Assembly: GCF_009914755.1 (NCBI RefSeq)
Contig: NC_060927.1
Direction: 5' to 3' (one strand)
DNA: 64,000 bases
From: the human T2T-CHM13v2.0 reference genome, Homo sapiens
The notes under the pieces were generated by a model. That model saw only the letters and a list, made by a program, of their open reading frames with translations. It ran no database searches and had not been told where the DNA came from. Made by a program: the position numbers and the translations under genes. Every line of letters begins with the position of its first letter. The stretch's first letter is position 1. Positions 53,760 through 64,000 of this stretch are shown here, piece by piece.

Positions 53760-54290
53760 TTACTTGGGAGAGTTATTTGCCATTAACCAATAAAATGTAA
53801 AGGTATATGATTTAAGACTTAGCAATTCCACTTCTCAATCCCTACCCTAGAGAAATACTTGTATATAAGCGTAAATAACAGGATATTACAAAGATGTTTA
53901 TTGCAGCATGTTTGGAATTGGAAACAGCCTAACCATAGGCAAATGGCAAAACAAACCAGTACAGACAGTAAACGGAGGCTAAAGTGAATGAGCCAGATCA
54001 TGGAAAGTTCTAGACATGTTGCGTGAAAAAAGCCAGTTGTGGAATGTTCCACTTAGTATGACAGTTGTTTAAAGTAAAAGAAAAGAAACACAAATGCCTC
54101 ATTATATATTCTCTCTGGATACATATACGCATATGTAAAGGAAGAGAAAAGGTCTGGAAAGACAGATAATGAAAGGAAATAGTGGTTACAACTGGGAAAG
54201 GAGGAAAGGGACCAGGATTAGGGATGGGAGGTTAAAAGAGGATTATGATGTTCTATTTGCTTATTAATTGAAAGGAGAATACATCACTTA
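53760..54290 (+). mobile_element. Old L1M fragment (ORF2 end / 3'UTR)
   Basis: AGCAATTCCACTTCT..ATGTTTATTGCAGCA..GGAAACAGCCTAA; ends approximate. Confidence 0.7.
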
Positions 54291-54689
54291 TCACCTGTGG
54301 GACAAATATTTTTCAAGTAGCTATATAGTTCCTTGGCCAAATGAGTTTATGGAGAGAACATATGTTCAGGATAAGGCTGCAGAAAGATGGACAGAAAATT
54401 TAAAGATCTTCAGCAAACTGCGGGTATTTGGTACACTGGCACAGACCATTTTTTCTCGCGTTTTCTCCCACATACACATTCAGCTGCTACTGCGTATATT
54501 CTGCGCTATTTAAAAAGGTCTTCAAAAGTGGTATGATGTTGGTTTTTCTGTGTATACACAGAAAGGTAGCTTTTTTCATTTGTCTGTGAGCTACCTGAAA
54601 ACATGTTATATACGTGATTCCTTCTGCTACTGCACATTCCCACGGATGATATGAATTCTACCTAAATGAATTACTCACCAGGCTATGTA

Positions 54690-54880
54690 TAATCATAATA
54701 ATATATTTTTAAGATCCCTAAGAAGTGCACAGAGCACATATCGTCCCCATTTTATAGCCGAAGAAACCAGCTCAGAAAGGTTGCATGATATGTCTACGGA
54801 CTATCTAACCAGTAAGTGGCAAAGCTAGACCTTGGCTCACATCTTGTGATTCCAAGTCCTCTATCATTTCAATTACACCA
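54690..54880 (-). mobile_element. MIR
   Basis: TCCCCATTTTATAGCCGAAGAAACC..CAGAAAGGTT..AGTAAGTGGCAAAGC. Confidence 0.65.
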
Positions 54881-55723
54881 CATTTGCCACACTGTCATAT
54901 TTAAATATAATACCTATCCACATTTTAAGGCAGTTTTTTGGCAGCTTCAGGTTGGAAATTCTCAGGAGAAACATTAGAATTCAAATAATATGTACACTTT
55001 GGGGCTCTCAAATCTAGTTATTTGAGTTTTTTAACTTTTCCAATACCTTGCCTTGAACAACCCAAGGAAATAAGGCTGCAAAAAAATACTACTACCCTAT
55101 CCTCAACATAAAGTAGATTAAGGATGAATTCCAGCTATTCTGCATTTTTAAAAAAATTGTCTGTTTTTATTGTGGAAAAAACTCAACAAATACAAAAGCA
55201 GACAAATAGTATGTATCCATCTCCCAGCTTCAGCAATGATAATCCATTAGAAATGTCATAGTGAGAATGTCAACAGTGTTTGAGGAGCTGGGAGGAAAGG
55301 AAGAATCTAGTTGTCTGTCCCGAATAATAGGCTGAAAAATTCCATTTCTAAAGGTAAGTGACACCTGGAAGCTTTTCATGTGAAATATTCTCAATCTGAC
55401 TTATAGGCTTTGTGAAGTTAAACTCTTTTTAAAGGTTTGGCGTTAACAGGGTTAAAAGGTTACAGTGGATCCTGGATATTAAATAATAATATTAAAATAA
55501 TACAACTGACTTCTTGAAGTCGGTTTAAGCATTGTGACTAGAGAGATACAACTCTGGACATATATGCATGCCTTTATTTATAGCAGCAAGCACCAAGTCT
55601 TATGGGAAAAGCTCCTCAATCATTTAAAAATCAAACTATTTTAAGCACCTCACAACTTTCTAAGAATTTTGTTTGTTTGCTTTAACATTGTTCCCAAAAG
55701 TTGGGTCATAAGTTGTTTGTGTT

Positions 55724-55744
55724 TGTGTGTGTGTGTGTGTGTGT
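55724..55744. repeat. (TG)n microsatellite
   Basis: About 10 TG units. Confidence 0.9.
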
Positions 55745-57892
55745 ATGCATGAGTGCGTTTGCTTTGGGGAAATGTGCAAAATGGGGTTAGTGGGTTTGAA
55801 GCATCAAAGGCTCTTTGAATAGTTCTAACCAGGGCTGCATTTGTGGGATAAGGTCCTGGGAGTTCATAGTATGACTAAGAAGTGAATTAGCTACTTGAAA
55901 TATTTTTTTTTAGAATTGGGCAGAATATATATATTGTTTAAAAAATATGAATCAAGCACAGCTCACTTCAAATAGAAGGCATATTTCCCATAACCATTTA
56001 AAACATATGTACTGGTTCTGAGATCTTGCTAAATTTAAACCGTGACTCAGTAGAGTAAGACAACTCCTTCCTTCTTCGTTCAGAAAGAAAAGAGTGAAGA
56101 GATGGCCCTAGTAGTGAGTACTGCTAAAAACACCCTCTTTGTGCCAGGAACTTAATGTGCCAGGAAAATTTTAATGATGTAGAGAATTATTAGCCCCCAA
56201 CTCCCTTTTCTTAGATGAGAAAACAACAGGTTGAAGGTATTTAAAACTCGCTTAAAATCACACGGCTAATTTCTAATATTGGTCCATTTGACTCCAAAAT
56301 CTACCCCTTTTCCTCTGTATCACATTGATATTCAACTAGACTAGAAGCATCATGTGTTTGCTTCAAATAGTCTTGAAACGTTTCACCGACTATCTCTGCT
56401 TGGAATTAACCTTTTGGGCATGGTGTTCTCTAATTTACCATGTTCAAGAAACTCACATTCGTTTACATAGAAAGTTATATTACCATCCACTAATTTTGAG
56501 ACCCTTTGAAAAGGGCTTTCCACTATACCATGGCACTTACAAGGTGGTCACCAAAAAATAATTATTCCTAGTAATTTTATTCCATCACTGGGAGCGCAGA
56601 CTGTCAATTAACAGGCATACCTACACTGGTCTTACCTGAAAATAGCTACATAACTGTGTCCACACAGTGACTAGAATAAGTCAAAGCATGAAACTCACAG
56701 GGTACAAGGCTCTTACACAGAGAAGAGCCGGCATGAAGTTCACCAGGATCCCAGGGTGGGGACTGGGAGGTGGAAGTCGCTGGCTTTCTGGCATGGTCAC
56801 CAAGTAACACCCACCTGAGATGTTCTCCCAAAGTCTTGTGGTGGTTATTGTTTTCAACTCCATCTTTAAGAGCACATATGAAGAAGTTATGTAGTTGGGA
56901 TTAACCACCTGTCAGCTGTGGGCCTTGTGTTATCAAGTTACTAACACAATTAATAGTTCTAATTACATAGTTTTTAGTTCAAGTTTAATTCCACTAAAGT
57001 GTCATGGTGAAGCTAGACCAATTATGAAGGTTTATGGATAAAAGGATAGTGATAAGATTAAAGGTTATCATATATATGATTCACAGTTGAGACACACAAG
57101 ATACTTGCAAACCAAGAGTGGTCCTTCTTGTTCTACGAACAGCAATAAAAGTAAATGTGCCCCTCACCTATACAGATTTCTAAACATCTGGACTCTTACT
57201 GAAAATAGATTGAAGCCTCTGCTCTGAGAAGGTCATGGAAGGCCTAACTGCACAATGGCCCTCAGGTGGGAGAGTGGGCTAGGCCCTCCAGGGTTACAGG
57301 GAGCTCTGCACAGGGGAAGAAGGACTTAAGGTGGTAGAAAGCCACTGTGATTGCCAAGGTCAGCAAAAGTGGAGTTCTCACCCCTGAGGGCAGGACAAAG
57401 AGTTCCCAAGATTCCAACCCAGGAGGTGTTTACAAACTTAGGGACATAAACCAGGGAAAGTCTATGAGAGCCGTTACTTGGTCACCAGCCAAAGGTCATT
57501 GCCTCTGTACCTCATTGTCTTTATCACCTTATGTAAAAACAGACCTCTACTTCCAAGACCTGACTGGCCGAAGTGGTTAATACCTATTTGTGCATAACCA
57601 GTAGCTCAGCTATGCTTCCCCATCTATGATGTAAATCTTCCCAGGGATTCAGAGTGATGGGGTGGGGATACAGAATGGGTGTAGTCCATATTTTCCCCAG
57701 TTTATTATAAAGGATATCACATTTTTGTGGAATATCAACCCCTTGTGAAGTTTTAAAATATTTTTTGATATTTTTACGTTAAAGCAAACATATAGTAGAG
57801 TACCTTGACAGAAAGTTATTATACATACATACGAAAAATATACACAATCTTTGTTAATATTTTAAAATAAAAAACAAAATTAAATAAACAAC

Positions 57893-58186
<294 letters not shown>

Positions 58187-58190
58187 CAAG

Positions 58191-58240
<50 letters not shown>
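58191..58240. repeat. Compound (TAGA)5(CAGA)7 tetranucleotide STR
   Basis: Read directly from sequence. Confidence 0.92.
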
Positions 58241-58242
<2 letters not shown>

Positions 58243-58954
58243 GTTTTGTGTTTACAGAGGTCACTTTGATCGAAACATCCTCCATCCCCTCGGGCATCCT
58301 GCTCTGAAGAGAATTTCAGTAGAGATATTTGAGGAACACTGACCTGCTGGATCTCTAGGAAGTTCCCTCAGCACTCAGAATGGAATGGCTCATCCCACCC
58401 GTCAAAGGCCACCTCCAGCACAGCACAGCAGGAGGCACCAATCCTTTACACTGCTCTTTAGGGGCCCTCCACACACTACCCTCTGAGCAGCTACAGAGCT
58501 GGGTACTACTGCATCAGCACTGCTCATGCTATGAACACTTTCCCCATGCAATGAATGCTGTTCCAGCGATCCCCTGCTATTCATCATCATCAAACCCTGC
58601 AACGGCAGCAAAAAGGTCAACTGGTAGTAGAAACCAAGTCAAACTGTATGTACAGAGATGGGTCTGTGAGAGGGCAAGCTGGGCCAAAGAAAAATTGTAA
58701 GGAGAACTCAAGGGTACAATGGGCATTTGCAGAAGTATCACCAGTACAGCCAGTCCCAGAAGCTCATTCACTAACCACCTACTATGTGCAAGGCAATGGG
58801 GATACAGAGATGCCTAAGACAGTCTTTGCCTGTGAGGCAAGTCAGGATGACCTAAATTCCTGACATTTCAGTGGTGTGCTGTCAAAATTTATATATTCTA
58901 AATCAGACTTAATTTTTTCAGGGAAAATAATGAAATGCCTGTGTTTTCTTTTCA

Positions 58955-59287
<333 letters not shown>

Positions 59288-59483
59288 TTATATGGAGCTT
59301 TCGGGGTAGAGACCGTTATGCCCCAGCATTTAGACACTCATTTTACTGTGTCAATAACGAGTGTTAAAAAAAAAAAAAATGGAATTCTGGTCTAATAGGC
59401 AAGAAGCATCTGTCTGATATATCAGGGAGACTTAAGCATTTGACAAACTTCTAAAGGATTTAAAAGATGTTTTGAAATTAAAA

Positions 59484-59780
59484 TGTCCACAGCATGGTGG
59501 CTTGTGCCTGTAATTCCAGCAACTTGGGAGACCAAGGTAGAAGGATCACTTGAGGCCTGGAGTTTGAGACCAGCCTGGGCAACATATCAAGACTCTGCCT
59601 CTAAAAATAAAAAAAAAAATAATAATTAGCTGGGCCTGATGGCATATACCTGTAGTCCTAGCTACTCAGGAGGATCACTTGAACCCAGAAGTTTGAGACT
59701 ACAGTGAGCTACAATGGGGCCATTGCACCCCAGCCTGGGTAACAAAGGGAGACCCGCCTCTTTATAAATTAATTAATTAA
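59484..59780 (+). mobile_element. AluJ
   Basis: Diverged dimer with right-arm deletion. Confidence 0.9.
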
Positions 59781-59978
59781 TTCCAGGGCATAGAGTTCAC
59801 TGTGTAAACCATTTCTAGACTGAATTGGTCATTAAAAGTAGATCTAAGGATTCTTTCATTCAACTACAAGATAACAAATTAAATAGACTGAAGAAAATGT
59901 TCTCAAGTCTCTGCTAAATGCAGGTATATTCAGAGGTTGATAAGATACATGTCCTGTCTTCCAGAATTCAGTTTTAAG

Positions 59979-60229
59979 CAGTGTTTTTCAAACTTATCTT
60001 TCATTATCGCTCCCCTAATGAGCTAATTAAACATTTTTTTTTCAAATCGCTCCATTACCACCCACTACCCCCGCCAAGAAATTTTAATACCAAAGATAAA
60101 CTATGTATCTGTTGATGTACTGCGTCCCTTTGAAAGGCTGCAAGTCATTACAACAGCTAAGATTTCACTCCCCCCAAGAATCAATGTTCACTCCCCTGGA
60201 GGCAACATGGCCCCACTGAGAAATCCTGG
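59979..60229. mobile_element. hAT-Charlie MITE (MER112-like)
   Basis: CAGTGTTTTTCAA...TGAGAAATCCTG termini; name from recall. Confidence 0.5.
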
Positions 60230-60253
60230 TGTAGAGAAAATGTTCGTAGAACC

Positions 60254-60685
60254 TGTCAGGCCTCTGAGCCCAAGCTAAGCCATCGTATCCCCTGTGACCT
60301 GCACGTATATGTCCACATGGCCTGAAGCAAGTAAAGAATCACAAAAGAAGTGAAAATGGCCGGTTCCTGCCTTCACTGATGACATTCCACCACTGTGATT
60401 TGTTCCTGCCCCACCTTAACTGAGCAATTAACCTTGTTAAATTCCTTCTCCTGGCTCAGAAGCTCCCCCACTGAGCACCTTGTGACCCGCCCCTGCCCGT
60501 AAGAGAAAAACCCCCTTTGATTGTAATTTTCCACTACCCACCCAAATCCTATAAAACAGCCCCACCCTAGGTCCCTTCGCTGACTCTCTTTTCGGACTCA
60601 GCCCACCTGCACCCAGGTGAAATAAACAGCCTTGTTGCTCACACAAAGCCTGTTTGGTGGTCTCTTCACATGGACGCGCGTGACA
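60254..60685 (+). mobile_element. Solo HERV-H LTR (LTR7 family, LTR7B-like)
   Basis: TGTCAGGCCTCTGAGCCCAAGC...GGACGCGCGTGACA; perfect TSD GAACC; TATAAAA 60550-60556; AATAAA 60621-60626. Confidence 0.95.
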
Positions 60686-60777
60686 GAACCCTCTTAAGAT
60701 ACGTGGAAACCTACATATACATTTTTTTTCATCAAAATCTGAAAGGACTCCCTGATCAAAAAAGATTAGATCTACAG

Positions 60778-60989
60778 CAGGGGTCAGAAAACCTGTTCTG
60801 TAAAGGACTGGATAATAAATGTATTTTAGGTTTTGTGGGCCACATACTGCCTCTAAGGCATATTCTTCTTTATTTTTTGTTTTGTTTTCACAACCTTTCG
60901 AAATGTAAAAGCCTTTCTTAGTTCAAGGACCCCACCAAAACAAATTACTGCCCAAATCTGTCCTGTGGGCTGGAGTCTGCTGACTCCTG
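60778..60989. mobile_element. MER58-family MITE
   Basis: CAGGGGTCAGAAAAC..TTCTGTAAAGG..TTTTAGGTTTTGTGGGCCA..TGCTGACTCCTG. Confidence 0.8.
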
Positions 60990-61049
60990 ATCCAGAGGAA
61001 TAATAGCTAACATTTTTTGAAATCTTAACATTTATAAAAAAGTAACCAT

Positions 61050-61272
61050 TTGTAGAATGGTGATGGCCGGAGGCTGGAAGGGGGGCAATGGCGAGTTACT
61101 GTTTAATGGGTATAGAGTTTCTGTTTTACAAGACAAAGACAGTTCTGGAGATAGATAGTGGCGATGGCTGCATAAACAACGTGAATGTAGTTAACGCTCC
61201 TGAGTTGCACACTTAAAAATGGTTAGGGTGGTAAAGGCGATGTTATATGTATTTTACCACAATGAAAAAAAT
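61050..61272 (+). mobile_element. L1MB 3' end
   Basis: GTTTAATGGGTATAGAGTTTC..GTTCTGGAGAT..CACTTAAAAATGGTTA..ATTTTACCACAAT. Confidence 0.85.
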
Positions 61273-61398
61273 CACTTAAAGAAATAAAAAATATGTCATT
61301 TAAAAAATATTTAACGTTTGTTCAATACCCACTAAAAAAAAATGAGTAGATATTTTCATTTTATAACTGAAGAATTTGAGGCTAAAAGAGCTCTGACA

Positions 61399-61691
61399 GG
61401 CCGGGCGCGGCGGCTCACGCCTGTAATCCCTGCACTTTGGGAGGCCGAGGTGGGCAGATCACTTGAGGTCAGGAGTTCGAGACCAGCCTGGCCAACGTGG
61501 TGAAACCCCACCTCTACTAAAGATACAAAAATTAGCTGGGCGTGGTAGTGGGAGCCTGTAATTTCTGCTACTCAGGAGGCCGTGGCCCGAGAATCACTTG
61601 AACTCAGGAGGCAGAGGCTTCAGTGAGCTAAGATCACACCACTGCACTCCCGCCTGGGCAACAGAGTGAGACTCTGTCTCAAAAAAAAAAA
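61399..61691 (+). mobile_element. AluS
   Basis: GGCCGGGCGCGG head, full dimer. Confidence 0.96.
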
Positions 61692-62132
61692 CAGTTTGCA
61701 CGAGTTACAAAGCTGCAAGTGGAGTGCTGAGATGGGAAGCTGTAAAGACTGAGCTCTTAGCCAGGATGGATGCTGTTTTCTCAGCACCAAGAACTCCTTT
61801 CACTTATTTTCTCCAACAGATCAACATCATTTGTTAATAATTTGTTTTGTTTTTTTAAACAATTACTTAAAGGTAATATAGACAATCAGAGCTTCAGATT
61901 CATTCGTGGCAAAAATCAAAAAGAAATTAGGCATTCTAGTTAGCATGTCAAGATTTTCTTCATGTAAATCTAAGTTGCATGAAAGCAAGGACTTTCCTTA
62001 TCTGTCTGTTTCATCAAAGTACCCTCTGTTCCTACAACAGGGCTCTGTATTTAGAAATGTGAAAAAAGTGTTTACCCTCTTTTACTGCTGGGTCCTTAGT
62101 ATTTGGGAGACCCCACATTATAACTGAAACTA

Positions 62133-62476
<344 letters not shown>

Positions 62477-62657
62477 TAAAGTTGTATGTTTCAATGCCTT
62501 GATATGTTTATTTCACTAGTTCAGTCAGTCAACCATAGTTTTTGAGAACACACTACAGCCTAAGTGCTAGTCTGGGTTCCTGTGGAAAAACAAACAGAGT
62601 AAAATAGAAATGTAATCTCAAGTCTACTGGTTGTAAAGTCCAAAACTGACAAACGAC

Positions 62658-62956
62658 TTTTTTTTTTTTTTTTTTTTTTTTGATAGAGTCTCACTCTGCC
62701 CAGGCTGGAGCGCAGTGGCGCGATCTCAGCTCGCTGCAGCCTCCACCTCCTGGGTTCAAAGTAATTCTGCCTCAGCCTCCCGAGTAGCTGGGATTACAGG
62801 CACTGCCACCACACCCAGCTAATTTTGGTATTTTTAGTAGAGACAGGGTGTTCACCATGTTGCCCAGGCTGGTCTCAAACTCCTGACCTCAGGTGATCTG
62901 CCTGCCTTTGCTTCCCAAAGTGCTGGGATTACAGGTGTGAGCCACTGTGCCCAGCC
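62658..62956 (-). mobile_element. AluS
   Basis: Poly-T plus antisense dimer. Confidence 0.95.
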
Positions 62957-62962
62957 TCATTC

Positions 62963-63087
62963 TATTTTTTTGAGACAGGGTCTCACTATGTTGCCTAGGC
63001 TGGAGTGAAGTGGCTATTCACAGGCCACTGCGAATATTCGATCCTCCTGCCTCAGCCTCTTGAGTAGCCGGGATTACAGGCACCAGC
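62963..63087 (-). mobile_element. FAM / 7SL-like Alu monomer fragment
   Basis: Retains 7SL-type GTGGCTATTCACAGGC, which dimeric Alus lack. Confidence 0.75.
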
Positions 63088-63199
63088 AACAACAAAGACT
63101 GTAAAAGATTTTCAATGAATCAAGGAAAGAATCTTAACTAGTTGTTTGAGCTGAGTTCCATATGGACTAAAAATGCATGAAAACTGCTGTATCTTAACT

Positions 63200-63999
<800 letters not shown>

Positions 64000-64000
64000 C

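Overview
Primate (almost certainly human) non-coding DNA with no supportable protein-coding exon. About 43 Alu/FAM copies make up roughly a fifth of the window. It also holds MIR, L2 and old L1 fragments, DNA-transposon fossils (Charlie1, MER45-like, MER5, MER58, MER6, MADE1), a two-LTR MaLR (MSTB-type) provirus with a perfect 5-bp TSD, and a solo HERV-H LTR7-family LTR. The 58-nt core of the MADE1 hairpin (41786-41843, minus strand) matches my recollection of hsa-mir-548aq. If so, the window lies in the long second intron of IGF2BP2 (chr3q27, minus strand); this placement is from memory and not verified. The provided ORFs are repeat-derived or chance ORFs. I found no new multi-gene system. 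The most interesting signals are structural: a ~160-bp local templated insertion splitting an Alu head, an Alu tail converted to G-tracts, a fold-back minisatellite in an Alu, re-used insertion sites with triplicated TSDs, a strong CTCF site and a candidate recursive splice site. Repeat family and subfamily names are by-eye recognition.
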